From the NCBI GenBank assembly GCA_963668315.1, contig OY764216.1:3040001-3104000 (forward strand): a stretch of 64,000 nucleotides of DNA, read 5' to 3'. Shown here piece after piece: positions 15,871-25,939 of this stretch (position 1 is its first letter; each line of letters opens with the position of its first letter). The notes under the pieces are model-generated. The model did not search any database, had not been told where the DNA came from, and worked only from the letters and a program-made list of their open reading frames with translations. This DNA comes from Spirochaetia bacterium. GTDB lineage: Bacteria; Spirochaetota; Spirochaetia; DSM-2461. Position numbers and translations under genes: made by a program.

Positions 15871-17307
15871 TCAATATGTACTTACGAAATGCAGAATTGA
15901 ATCGACAATTTTCTCAGCATCCTGATCACGGAGATTTTCGTTCCTCAGGGCCCAGGAGTTGTTGTCGTAATTGATGTTGCGGATTTCCATGAGAACGGCG
16001 CCGTCGCGGGCGGGATTACCGTTGAGTACATGCAGATTCTGTTCCTTGATGGAGAGTCCGGCAGGGAAGGATTCAATAAAGGCTTCGGCGAATTTTTCAG
16101 ACCTTTCCCTTTCCTCGTCGTCTTCCCCGAAGGTCAGAACGCCGCTTTGCGCAAAGCCGCCCGGGGTATTGTCGCAATGGATGCTGATGAAAAGGGAGTG
16201 CCTGTTCTTTTCCCTCTCGATAATCTCCCTGGCCGTTATCAGTCTTTTTTCCAGTCCGGCGCTTCCCCCTGCCGGCCATTCGCTCCAGGCTCCCGTCTCA
16301 TTGAGGGAGGGGGAATTGTACACTTCGTTCTTTTCATTGACGAAAGTTATCGAAGCATCGGGGGTATGGCGGATGTGGTGGTTGGGGCTGATTATGGTCA
16401 GGTCCGCATCGGCGCCGTGCTGGCAGAGAAGGGCGTAAACCCTCAGGGAGATATCATAGGCGTATTCATCTTCTACCACGAAGGCGGAATGGCCCTGACC
16501 GTCAATCGTTTCGACCACGGCACCCGGGTCGAGTCCGCCGTGACCGGGATCGATAACAATCGTCCAACCCTTCAGATCCCGGGAAAGGAGACCGGCCTTG
16601 TCCACTTCCCGGTCCAGTCTAGCAAGGACATCCCGGGCCATGGCGTAGTTTTCCACCGTACTGTTCTGGGAAAGTTCCCCGTATTCCAGCGAGGGCTGAG
16701 TCAGCCTTTCCGGCTCTCCGTTGAACCAGGGGCCCATCTCCGGTTCACGCCTGTCGCTCAGCATCGCCTTGAGTACGCTGACTCCCCGGGAAAAGCGGGA
16801 AAGGAGAGGAAGTTTAAGTTTCATCCCGGGAAAAATCCTTTCCGAAGGCAGATCATTCAGGCGGGCGATGGCATCGGTGGTCGTATTATAATCCGAGGCG
16901 ATTCTCCACAGGGAATCCCCTTCAGCAACGGTATAGGTATTGTCAGAGCTTTCCTCCCGGGGAAGAATCAGCCTCTGGCCTATCAGAATCTTTTCCCCGT
17001 CAATATGGTTTGCCTGACGTATTTCTTCCTGGGATATATCAGTCTCCCAGGCAATTTTTGAAAGGGAATCTCCCGGTTTGACAATCCAGTAGCTCTCTCC
17101 CGCGCCCAGGGGAATCTCCAGTTCGTCCCCCTCTTTAATAAAGCTTCCCTCCAGGCGGTTCGCCGCCATAAGATCGTCCACGGAAATCCCGTAATCGGAG
17201 GCGATGGAATAGAGCGTTTCATCCTTAGCCACCCGATGTATCTCTTCAGCGGTAAGGGTGAGTGTCAACAGGAAACATAAAGCTGTCAGAAATGGGATGG
17301 TTTTGAT
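15871..17307 (-). CDS. LysM-repeat N-acetylmuramoyl-L-alanine amidase (Amidase_3)
   Basis: Three LysM repeats; zinc-amidase motifs IDPGHGG, EDEY, SIHCD and LMEI. Start extended from the track's 17268 to the ATC at 17307, which completes the signal peptide. Confidence 0.85.
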   Translation of the reverse strand: MKTIPFLTALCFLLTLTLTAEEIHRVAKDETLYSIASDYGISVDDLMAANRLEGSFIKEGDELEIPLGAGESYWIVKPGDSLSKIAWETDISQEEIRQANHIDGEKILIGQRLILPREESSDNTYTVAEGDSLWRIASDYNTTTDAIARLNDLPSERIFPGMKLKLPLLSRFSRGVSVLKAMLSDRREPEMGPWFNGEPERLTQPSLEYGELSQNSTVENYAMARDVLARLDREVDKAGLLSRDLKGWTIVIDPGHGGLDPGAVVETIDGQGHSAFVVEDEYAYDISLRVYALLCQHGADADLTIISPNHHIRHTPDASITFVNEKNEVYNSPSLNETGAWSEWPAGGSAGLEKRLITAREIIEREKNRHSLFISIHCDNTPGGFAQSGVLTFGEDDEERERSEKFAEAFIESFPAGLSIKEQNLHVLNGNPARDGAVLMEIRNINYDNNSWALRNENLRDQDAEKIVDSILHFVSTY

Positions 17308-17448
17308 TTCCGGCCTCCTTCATGGCTTGCGGAAGGGCAAATCCGCCGCGCTACTCTTTCTTTATCGATTTTTTATCCTCCCCGGTTGAGAGAAAGTTGA
17401 CAATTGCTTCTCCCTTTATTAAGTTACAGCTGACGGCGGGAGGAAAAA

Positions 17449-17961
17449 ATGGATTTTCAGGAATTGATACTGTCGAGAAGAAGTATAAGGAAGTACCAGA
17501 ACAGGGAAATAGAACGTTCAGAACTCAGGAAGATCCTTGAGGCGGCCATGGCGGCTCCTTCTGCCGTGGCCAAAGACCCCTGGTATTTCTACGCCGTAAG
17601 CAACAGAGATATTCTGCAGGGTATGGCGGACGTCCTGCCCTACGGGAAGATGCTCCGGGATGCCGGTGCCTCCCTCGTCGTTTGCGGACTCCCCGAAGAG
17701 GCTAACCGGGGGGAAATCGGCTATATGGTACAGGATTGTTCCGCCGCGGTGGAAAACATACTCCTTTCGGCCCATGGTTTGGGGATAGGGGCGGTATGGC
17801 TCGGCGTCTATCCCAATGAGGACAGAATGGAAGGCATGGTCCGTCTTCTGGATATCCCCGGGAACATGATACCCCTGGCGGTCGTATCACTGGGATACCC
17901 GGCTGAATCTCCCGCACCCCGAACCCGGTACAGCGATTCACGGGTAACCTGGAAGGACTGA
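17449..17961 (+). CDS. Nitroreductase family protein
   Basis: RRSIRKY, AAMAAPSA, DCSAAVENILLSAHGLGIGAVW and SLGYP. Confidence 0.92.
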   Translation: MDFQELILSRRSIRKYQNREIERSELRKILEAAMAAPSAVAKDPWYFYAVSNRDILQGMADVLPYGKMLRDAGASLVVCGLPEEANRGEIGYMVQDCSAAVENILLSAHGLGIGAVWLGVYPNEDRMEGMVRLLDIPGNMIPLAVVSLGYPAESPAPRTRYSDSRVTWKD

Positions 17962-19176
17962 TTGGAAAAGCAGAAAACCGCCGTCATCATAGGGGGAGGT
18001 CCGGCCGGGCTTTTCGCCGCCTCTCAGTTGACGGCAAAGGGCATAAACGTTCAATTGTACGAGAAAATGCGTTCGCCGGGAAGGAAATTTCTTCTGGCGG
18101 GGCAGTCGGGGCTGAATCTGACCAACGATGAGGCTCCCCCCCTTATGTCCGGCCGTTACGGCCGTCACGAAGCGCTTTTCCTCCCCCTGCTTCAGGACTT
18201 TTCCTCGGAAGATATGAGATCCTGGTTTCGCCGACTGGGAGTGGAAACCTTCCGTGGGAACGGGGGAAAGATTTTCCCCGTTGACGGTATGTCCGTCAAA
18301 AAGATCCTGAACATCTGGCTTGATTCCCTGAGGGAAACCGGTCTGTTCCGTCTCCGGGAAGGTTGGGTCTGGCAGGGATGGCGGGATGAAGGGCTTCTAT
18401 TGGTGAAGGACAATTCCGAACGCATCATAAAGGAGAAGCCCGTTCTCTTCGCTCTGGGGGGGGCAAGCTGGCCCGCCACCGGTTCGGATGGGACATGGGG
18501 GGACTATCTGCGGATGAAGGGTATCCGCATCAATCAATTCAAGCCGATGAACTGCGGTTTTCATGTGGATTGGTCTGCTGTTGTTCGGGAGAGGCATACG
18601 GATGAGCCTGTAAAGGGTATCGCCCTCGTCATGGGAGAAGAGAGGAAAAGGGGAGATCTGGTAATTACCCCATCCGGTCTCGAGGGTAGCCCCCTGTACT
18701 GGTTCAGCCTGAAATTGCGGGAGCAGTTGGAAGAAAGGGGCGGGGCGGAAATCGCCATGGATTTGACGCCCGATCTGTCCCGGGAGAAAGTAAGGGCGAT
18801 TCTTGACGGGAGACCCCGCAAAAAAAGCCTCTCCTCCTACCTCGTGACAAAGGGCCTGTTAAGTCCCGTCAAGAAAAGCCTTCTCTGGGAATTTACCTCT
18901 CCCGAAGAGAGAGATCATACAGACCTCCTGGCGGCTTGCATAAAGAGCCTTCCCCTGAAAATTACGGGTATCAACGATATCAAAAGGGCTATCTCCAGTT
19001 CCGGAGGAATCGACATGGGGGAGCTTGATGAAAACCTTATGATCAGAAAAATCCCCGGATATTTCGCTTCGGGGGAAATGCTGGACTGGGATGCGCCCAC
19101 GGGAGGATATATGCTCCAGGGCTGCTTTGCCTCGTCTTTCAGGGCTGCAAGAGGGTTGATGGCATGGCCGGGCTGA
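17962..19176 (+). CDS. HI0933/YhiN-like flavoprotein (NAD(P)/FAD-dependent oxidoreductase)
   Basis: GGGPAGL, GRKFLLAGQSGLNLT, ALGGASWP, AISSSGGI and GEMLDWDAPTGGYMLQ. Confidence 0.88.
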   Translation: MEKQKTAVIIGGGPAGLFAASQLTAKGINVQLYEKMRSPGRKFLLAGQSGLNLTNDEAPPLMSGRYGRHEALFLPLLQDFSSEDMRSWFRRLGVETFRGNGGKIFPVDGMSVKKILNIWLDSLRETGLFRLREGWVWQGWRDEGLLLVKDNSERIIKEKPVLFALGGASWPATGSDGTWGDYLRMKGIRINQFKPMNCGFHVDWSAVVRERHTDEPVKGIALVMGEERKRGDLVITPSGLEGSPLYWFSLKLREQLEERGGAEIAMDLTPDLSREKVRAILDGRPRKKSLSSYLVTKGLLSPVKKSLLWEFTSPEERDHTDLLAACIKSLPLKITGINDIKRAISSSGGIDMGELDENLMIRKIPGYFASGEMLDWDAPTGGYMLQGCFASSFRAARGLMAWPG

Positions 19177-20606
19177 AACGAATAGTCCTGTGGCTCTTTA
19201 TGGTGGCTTTCTTCTCCCTTTATGCCGATGAAGTGAGAGTGGAACCACTTGAATTCTGGCATAACGGGTCATCATGGCCCGAGACTCTCTCCGTTAATCA
19301 GCTTGTCGAGTCCTCCCTCGCGGCTTCCGGTCTCGAGGGAGAGGATCTGTCCCGATACTTCGAGAGGCTCATGGCTTCCCTGGACAATTTTCAAAGCGAA
19401 TATCTTCCCCGTATCAGTGGTCAGAACAGCCGTGAAAGGGGAGAAGCCATACTGATGTGGATGCATGAAACCTATCTGACCGGCCGATACAGAACCGATC
19501 AGACCCGCATGGACGTCCTTATGGACAGGGGGGATTATAATTGCGTATCCTCGGCTATCCTCTACCTTATTTTCACCCGGGCGGCCGGTCTGGCTACGGC
19601 AGGTGAAGAGACTGTTGATCATGCCTTTTGCACTCTTCGTCTTGAATCAGGCCGGTCGGTGGATATCGAAACTACCACTCTTCTGGGGTTCGATCCGGGT
19701 ACTAAAAAAGAGTTCTCCCGGGAATTTTCCGGGCGGACCGGGTTTGCCTATGTGGAACCGGGGGATTACGCCCGCCGGCAGCCGGCATCGGATAAACAGA
19801 TGATAAGCCTGATCCTTCAGAACCGGATTGCCCTTCTGCAGCGACGGGGTGAATACGGAAATGCAGCCGGCCCCGCCGTGGACCGCTGGGTTTTCCTGCC
19901 GAACGACAGGAACAGAAAGGATATGAATGATTCCTTCCGTAATTATGTTTCGCTTCTGAACAGCCGGAATGAGTTCGGTAAAGCCCTCTCCTTTCTCGTT
20001 CCCCTCTCCGAAGAACTGGGGCTGACAGAGGAGAATGAAGACCTTATCGTAATCCTTGTTCAGAATCAGCTTATCAGCCTGACTAATTCCCGCCGTTTTG
20101 AAGAAGCAGAAGCTTTTTTCGATGAATGGTCAGAATGGCTGAGCCCCGATCAGGCGGGAGAACAGAGAGCGCAGATTCATGACAGAAAAGCACAAACCGC
20201 CGTGGAGAGGGAAAGCTATCCCGATGCGCTCGCCCTTATCAGGCGGATGGGAGATGACGGCTCTCTTCCCCGTATGAGGTCCGATGAGCTGATTACCTGG
20301 CTTCATCAGAACAAAGCCATGGAGATAGCGAACGCCCCGGGAATGGCAAGGGATCAGGCGTATCGGGATGCGATGGATTTTCTTGACTCCCTGCCGGAAG
20401 AGGAGAGGCGGCTTCCCGGGATTTCCGATCATAGAAACAGATACCAACAGAACTGGAGTGTGGTCATTCACAATCAGTGGGCGGCCTTGATGAACCGGGG
20501 CGATTATGAACAGGCCCGGAAGATTCTAGAAGAGGCTCTGGCTGTGGAGGGAACGAATTCGGATCTTCTCAAGGACAAAGCATATATGGAGACAAAAATA
20601 CCGTGA
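19164..20606 (+). CDS. Exported transglutaminase-like (Cys-His-Asp) domain protein with helical/TPR-like C-terminus
   Basis: Signal peptide; YNCVSSA, DHAF and DIETT; helical C-terminal half. Confidence 0.6.
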   Translation: MAGLKRIVLWLFMVAFFSLYADEVRVEPLEFWHNGSSWPETLSVNQLVESSLAASGLEGEDLSRYFERLMASLDNFQSEYLPRISGQNSRERGEAILMWMHETYLTGRYRTDQTRMDVLMDRGDYNCVSSAILYLIFTRAAGLATAGEETVDHAFCTLRLESGRSVDIETTTLLGFDPGTKKEFSREFSGRTGFAYVEPGDYARRQPASDKQMISLILQNRIALLQRRGEYGNAAGPAVDRWVFLPNDRNRKDMNDSFRNYVSLLNSRNEFGKALSFLVPLSEELGLTEENEDLIVILVQNQLISLTNSRRFEEAEAFFDEWSEWLSPDQAGEQRAQIHDRKAQTAVERESYPDALALIRRMGDDGSLPRMRSDELITWLHQNKAMEIANAPGMARDQAYRDAMDFLDSLPEEERRLPGISDHRNRYQQNWSVVIHNQWAALMNRGDYEQARKILEEALAVEGTNSDLLKDKAYMETKIP

Positions 20607-20705
20607 TGGTTCTCCAGTTTCTTTTTGAAATACGGGTTTTTCTTTCCGGTTGTGTTATAGTAATATAAATCGAAATTAAAATTATTTACATAATGTTATC
20701 AGGAG

Positions 20706-21272
20706 TTGAAATTGCCATTTACATTTAAAACAGTTCCGGATATTGACGGTCTTGTTGTCGTTGAGCCGGCGGTTTTCAAGGACGATCGGGGATATTTTCT
20801 GGAAACTTTCCGCCGTGATCAGTTCCGCGCAAACGGAATAGGGGAAGAGTTCGTCCAGGATAACCACTCTCTCTCTTCAAAGGGAACTCTGAGGGGGCTT
20901 CATTTCCAGCGTGATCCGGCCGCCCAGGGAAAACTGGTGTCAGTTATCACCGGTGCAGTCTGGGATGTGGCAGTAGACCTCAGACCCGGATCTCCCAGTT
21001 TCGGGAAGTGGTTCGGAGTCGAATTATCCGATACCAATCACAGAATGTTCTATATTCCGCCCGGTTTTGCCCACGGCTTCATCTCCCTGGCCGACGACAC
21101 CCACTTCGTTTATAAATGCACGGCCTATTACTCACCCGAAAATGACGGGGGAATTCGGTGGAATGATCCTGATCTGGCGGTAGAGTGGCCCGAGGGCACC
21201 GATCCGCTGGTTTCACCCAAGGATGATAAGCTTCCCCTTTTCGCCGACTGGCGCAAGGAGGCGGGTATATGA
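20706..21272 (+). CDS. rmlC: dTDP-4-dehydrorhamnose 3,5-epimerase
   Basis: DDRGYFLE, QDNHSLS, LRGLHFQ and PPGFAHGF. Confidence 0.96.
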   Translation: MKLPFTFKTVPDIDGLVVVEPAVFKDDRGYFLETFRRDQFRANGIGEEFVQDNHSLSSKGTLRGLHFQRDPAAQGKLVSVITGAVWDVAVDLRPGSPSFGKWFGVELSDTNHRMFYIPPGFAHGFISLADDTHFVYKCTAYYSPENDGGIRWNDPDLAVEWPEGTDPLVSPKDDKLPLFADWRKEAGI

Positions 21273-22135
21273 TCTGGCTTATCGGCAACAGGGGAATGCT
21301 CGGGCAGGAGGTCGCTTCCCTGCTTAAGGACAGGGGACTTGCCTTCCTGGGAACGGACAGGGATACGGATATCACCGATGTGCAGGCCTTGAGAGACTTC
21401 GCCATGGGAAAAGATATTGAGTGGATTATCAACTGTTCCGCCTACACGGCTGTGGACAAAGCTGAAGAGGAGAGGGAGAAAGCTTTCCTGCTTAACGAAA
21501 AGGGAGCGGAGAATATCGGTATTGTCGCCTCCGAACTGGACGCTGCCGTGATTCATATCTCCACGGATTATGTTTTTGACGGCAAAAAAAACTATCCCCT
21601 CGGTGAAGAGGAAGGAACCGGACCGGTTTCGGTGTACGGAGAGAGCAAGCTGGCGGGAGAAAAGGCCCTGCAGCGGAGAAATCCCAGGACTTTTATTCTC
21701 CGAACCGCCTGGTTGTACGGACGGGAAGGGGCGAATTTCGTCTATACCATGCTGCGTCTGATGAAAGAGAAAGAGAGTATAAAAGTCGTCGATGATCAGA
21801 TCGGTTCTCCCACCTGGACATTCGATCTGGCCTCTCTGATTCTCAGAATTATCACTTCCGGTTCTGAACATTACGGCATCTATCACTTCTCCGGATCGGG
21901 AGAGACTAGCTGGTATGGTTTCGCCCGGGAGATTTACCGGCAGGGACGGGAAAGGGGGATTCTGGAAGGGGAGTGCGATATCCGTCCCTGTACCAGCGGG
22001 GAGTTCTCTTCCGCCGCGGTCAGACCGGCCTATTCCCTTCTCTCCAAGGAGAAGGTGAAAAACATACTCAAAGGAGAGGTTCCTCCCTGGGAAGAGAGCC
22101 TTGATCATTTTTTTGAAAGAGGATTAGCAGAATGA
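21269..22135 (+). CDS. rmlD: dTDP-4-dehydrorhamnose reductase
   Basis: GNRGMLG, AYTAVDKAE, ISTDYVFDG, YGESK and DQIGSPT. Confidence 0.96.
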   Translation: MIWLIGNRGMLGQEVASLLKDRGLAFLGTDRDTDITDVQALRDFAMGKDIEWIINCSAYTAVDKAEEEREKAFLLNEKGAENIGIVASELDAAVIHISTDYVFDGKKNYPLGEEEGTGPVSVYGESKLAGEKALQRRNPRTFILRTAWLYGREGANFVYTMLRLMKEKESIKVVDDQIGSPTWTFDLASLILRIITSGSEHYGIYHFSGSGETSWYGFAREIYRQGRERGILEGECDIRPCTSGEFSSAAVRPAYSLLSKEKVKNILKGEVPPWEESLDHFFERGLAE

Positions 22136-23202
22136 GAAAACTGAAAAATATCATGGTTACCGGAGGAGCCGGTTTTATCGGCGCCAACTTCATCAACTGG
22201 TTGTTTAATAGTGGCGATTTCACCGGAAGGATAATTAATTTCGACAAGCTGACCTACGCCGGAAATCCGGAAAGTCTGAAAGGGGTGAGCGACAACTTTG
22301 GGGAAGACCGATATCTTCTTGTTCAGGGGGATATCTGTGACAGAAAAATCGTTGAGGAGACCCTTGAAAAATACGATATCGACACGATTATCCATTTTGC
22401 CGCCGAAAGCCATGTTGACCGTTCCATCGAAGGGCCCGAAGTATTCGTTCAGACCAATGTCATGGGAACTTTTACTCTTCTTGATGCGGCCCGGCATTTC
22501 TGGGAAGGAAAGGATGGGTGCCTGTTTCACCATGTCAGTACCGATGAAGTTTACGGGTCGCTGGGGGAAACGGGATTTTTCTATGAAACGACTCCCTACG
22601 ATCCTCGCAGCGCCTATTCCGCCTCCAAGGCGTCTTCCGATCACCTGGTCCGGTCGTATTTCCACACTTACGGCCTGCCCATCACCTTAAGCAACTGCTC
22701 CAACAATTACGGTCCTCTTCAGTTTCCCGAAAAACTGATTCCCGTCATTATTGAGAATATCCTTAAGGAAAATTCCCTGCCCGTCTACGGAGACGGGAAG
22801 AATATTCGTGACTGGCTTTTTGTGGAAGACCATAACAGCGCCGTCTGGAAAATTGTCAATGAAGGCAAAACGGGGGATTCCTACAACATCGGCGGAGAAA
22901 ACGAGTGGGAAAACATCAAGCTGGTCCATAGACTGTGCGAACTGATGGCAGAAAAAAAGGGAAAAGACAGGGACTACTATAAAAAACTGATTACCTTCGT
23001 CAAGGACAGGCCCGGCCATGACAGACGTTATGCCATCAACTGCGACAAACTCAAGAAAGAACTGGGCTGGAAGCAGAGCCTTGATTTCTCCGAGGGCTTG
23101 AGAAAAACGGTGGACTGGTACCTGGATAACCGGGAGTGGGTCGAAAATGTGAAAAGCGGTGAATACCGGAACTGGATGGAGAAGAACTACACTTCCCGTT
23201 AA
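22132..23202 (+). CDS. rmlB: dTDP-glucose 4,6-dehydratase
   Basis: TGGAGFIG, AAESHVDRSI, STDEVYG, YSASK and DRPGHDRRYA. Confidence 0.97.
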   Translation: MRKLKNIMVTGGAGFIGANFINWLFNSGDFTGRIINFDKLTYAGNPESLKGVSDNFGEDRYLLVQGDICDRKIVEETLEKYDIDTIIHFAAESHVDRSIEGPEVFVQTNVMGTFTLLDAARHFWEGKDGCLFHHVSTDEVYGSLGETGFFYETTPYDPRSAYSASKASSDHLVRSYFHTYGLPITLSNCSNNYGPLQFPEKLIPVIIENILKENSLPVYGDGKNIRDWLFVEDHNSAVWKIVNEGKTGDSYNIGGENEWENIKLVHRLCELMAEKKGKDRDYYKKLITFVKDRPGHDRRYAINCDKLKKELGWKQSLDFSEGLRKTVDWYLDNREWVENVKSGEYRNWMEKNYTSR

Positions 23203-23208
23203 TGTGTC

Positions 23209-24510
23209 TCAGTAAAGGGGAGTCCAGGAGCCGTCTTTTGCGTCGATCCTGATCTCCCGGTCTTGCGGCCCTTCATCAATGAGGCGGCCGCTGTAGTATT
23301 TCCTGCCTGCAACGAGCGCCATGCGGCCTTTAAGGGAGAGATTCTCCGGGACCCGGGGCTCCTTCTCTGCCGTTTCATCTCCCTGGTAGTGATTGAGAAG
23401 GACACGCGAGACATAATCGGCTATTTTTTTCCTGTCCTCTTCCCTGACGCCGTAGCGATAGAGAAAATTCCGGGCGAATCGATTAATTCTCTCATAGGAG
23501 AGTTCCCATCCGTTCCCTTCCGGAAATTCTGCTTCCAGTCTGCCTTCCCGCAGGGTTATGTCAGGACCCTCGCAGATAATATCCCGATACGCAAAGGGCC
23601 AGGATATGAGTGAGCCCGTTTCCACATCGAAAAGACTGTGCCCCTCCTGGGTCTGAATGGCTATATCCTGTGAATGGTAATGGCCCGTGAACACGACATT
23701 GACGTCGTATTTCATGAGGAGAGATAGAAGTTCCTTGCGATTAATAAGTCTCATGCCTTTATCCCTATCCTGACCGGGATAGTGTTCCAGGAGGGAGTGG
23801 TGCATGAATAGCAGAACAGATAGGCCCCTGAGCCGGCTTTCACTGAGAGTCTCCTCCAGCCATGTGAGCGTTTCTTCATGCAAATAACCAGGACCTGATC
23901 CGTATCGGCAGCTGTCCAGGCCGATGAGAAGGGTTTTTTCATTGACTTCCACGGCGTAACTCAGTGAATAGATATCCCGGGAAAGGGCTTCATCATAACC
24001 GAAGGGTCGATAGAGGCTGAGAAACTCCCCCGCGCTCAATGATTCCGTATCTATCGCCTTATCTCCGCGGAAGGCAAGGGGGTAGGGATTGTCAATATCA
24101 TGATTGCCCGGTATGGCATAAACATCTACTCCCTCTGCTTCCAGGGAGGAAAAATACCGGGATAGAACCATATGACTCTCTTTTTCGCCATTGTTGGTCA
24201 GATCTCCGGGAACGATGATAAAATCAGGCTTTTCCCTGAGCACCTCGTCTTTGAAATCCGCCAGAATAGAATCGCCATATTCCGTTAAATTCCCTTTTTT
24301 ATATAGCATATGCCTTTGAAAGGCCGATCCGCTGTCATAAAGAGCGGGAGCAAGAAAATGGATATCGCTGATGACGAAAAAACGAGAATTGCCATAGTCC
24401 GCTGATCTTTTAGGGTATTGATCGCTTACTGATGAAGTACGGCATCCTGCCAGTAAAAAGAAAGGAAAGGTCAGAATCAACAGATTTGACATAATCTTCA
24501 TAAACGACAT
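23209..24510 (-). CDS. Calcineurin-like metallophosphoesterase, probable lipoprotein
   Basis: SDIH, GDLT, PGNHD, HH and GHYH motifs; LLAGC lipobox. Confidence 0.85.
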   Translation of the reverse strand: MSFMKIMSNLLILTFPFFLLAGCRTSSVSDQYPKRSADYGNSRFFVISDIHFLAPALYDSGSAFQRHMLYKKGNLTEYGDSILADFKDEVLREKPDFIIVPGDLTNNGEKESHMVLSRYFSSLEAEGVDVYAIPGNHDIDNPYPLAFRGDKAIDTESLSAGEFLSLYRPFGYDEALSRDIYSLSYAVEVNEKTLLIGLDSCRYGSGPGYLHEETLTWLEETLSESRLRGLSVLLFMHHSLLEHYPGQDRDKGMRLINRKELLSLLMKYDVNVVFTGHYHSQDIAIQTQEGHSLFDVETGSLISWPFAYRDIICEGPDITLREGRLEAEFPEGNGWELSYERINRFARNFLYRYGVREEDRKKIADYVSRVLLNHYQGDETAEKEPRVPENLSLKGRMALVAGRKYYSGRLIDEGPQDREIRIDAKDGSWTPLY

Positions 24511-24629
24511 GATAACATAAAAAATGAGAGAAAAAAAAGCAAAAAAAAGCTGGAATCAACTGTTTTTTTTTATTAAGTGCGCTATAATGTGTAGCAACAG
24601 TGAAGATAACAAGGGAGTGTGTGTTTAAT

Positions 24630-25073
24630 ATGAAGAAGAAAACCTTAGGAACTAACTACTCTAAAGAAAGCTGGAAGCCACTCAGTATCTTTTGCTTGAA
24701 TCAGAAAGAGAAAGGTGATATCTATTCAAAAAGCAGCTTTTCCCGTGTCATAGATTATGAACAGCAGAGGGCCAAAAGGAATGAATCCACATTCGCCCTT
24801 GTCTCATGTTCGTTCGGGGAGAGTGAAGAAAATAAAAGCGGTTTGAAAAGATACCTGGACTGCGTTAAAAAAACAGTCAGGACCGTTGATCATATAGGAT
24901 GGAGAGGTGAAGGAAATGTGGGAATCCTGCTCCCCTGTACCAATAGGGACGGGGCGGAACAGTTTCTCAATAAAATCCATTCCTTTTCCGGGGTTGCCCG
25001 TCAGCCCGTCTCCTATAGGATCGAAACGTACAACGGCGAACGAGAGGTTGCCCGAACCGCACAGGATGTTTAA
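24630..25073 (+). CDS. Degenerate GGDEF-like domain protein
   Basis: GGDEF-fold pattern ([11 protein letters not shown]...[23 protein letters not shown]...GA..F..KI). The active-site motif is replaced and the RxxD is kept. ATG at 24630 follows GGAG; the track starts at 24600. Confidence 0.65.
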   Translation: MKKKTLGTNYSKESWKPLSIFCLNQKEKGDIYSKSSFSRVIDYEQQRAKRNESTFALVSCSFGESEENKSGLKRYLDCVKKTVRTVDHIGWRGEGNVGILLPCTNRDGAEQFLNKIHSFSGVARQPVSYRIETYNGEREVARTAQDV

Positions 25074-25939
25074 TGAAAGGTATAATTCTCGCCGGGGGCA
25101 GCGGAACAAGGCTGTACCCCTCCACCATGGTTGTATGCAAGCAGCTGCTGCCGGTTTATGACAAGCCGATGATCTATTATCCCCTTTCCACGCTGATGTT
25201 GGCGGGGATAAGGGATATTCTCATTATTTCCACCCCCGAGGATCTTCCCCGTTTTGAAGAGTTGCTGGGAGATGGATCGGACCTGGGTCTTTCCCTTAAC
25301 TATAAAATTCAAGAGGCGCCGAACGGTCTTGCCGAGGCATTTATCCTTGGAAAGGATTTCATCGGAAGTGATTCCGTATGTCTCGTCCTGGGTGATAATA
25401 TTTTTTACGGTCATGGTTTGCCGGAAATGCTCACTCAGGCGGCGGAACAGAAAAAGGGCGCCCGGGTTTTCGGCTATAATGTAGCCGATCCTGAACGGTA
25501 CGGGGTAGTGGAGTTCGACGGAAATAAACGTGTCCTTTCCCTCGAGGAGAAACCGGAGAAACCAAAATCGAATTACGCGGTGGTAGGTCTCTATTTTTAC
25601 GATAACCGTGTTGTGGAAATGGCGGAGAATCTTGCTCCTTCTGCCAGGGGAGAACTGGAAATAACCGATTTGAATAGGCTTTATCTTGAAAAGGGTGAAT
25701 TGAGCGTTACTCTGATGGGGCGCGGGTTCGCCTGGCTCGATACGGGAACGCACAATTCCCTCGCCGATGCCACCCAGTATGTGAAGGCCATCGAGGACAG
25801 ACAGAATCTGAAAATTTCCTGTATCGAAGAAATCGCTTATCGCAAGAATTTCATCGACAAAGCAGCCCTCCGTAAATTGGCGGTGAAATATAAAAAATCA
25901 ACCTACGGCCAATATCTTCTGAAAGTGGCGGAAGAATAG
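25073..25939 (+). CDS. rmlA: Glucose-1-phosphate thymidylyltransferase
   Basis: [33 protein letters not shown] and WLDTGT. Confidence 0.97.
   Translation: MKGIILAGGSGTRLYPSTMVVCKQLLPVYDKPMIYYPLSTLMLAGIRDILIISTPEDLPRFEELLGDGSDLGLSLNYKIQEAPNGLAEAFILGKDFIGSDSVCLVLGDNIFYGHGLPEMLTQAAEQKKGARVFGYNVADPERYGVVEFDGNKRVLSLEEKPEKPKSNYAVVGLYFYDNRVVEMAENLAPSARGELEITDLNRLYLEKGELSVTLMGRGFAWLDTGTHNSLADATQYVKAIEDRQNLKISCIEEIAYRKNFIDKAALRKLAVKYKKSTYGQYLLKVAEE

Noticed and set aside
24525..24575. A-tract/T-tract repeat between the divergent phosphoesterase and GGDEF-like genes
   Set aside because: It is low-complexity promoter DNA without a convincing stem, so an operator or phase-variable tract cannot be supported.
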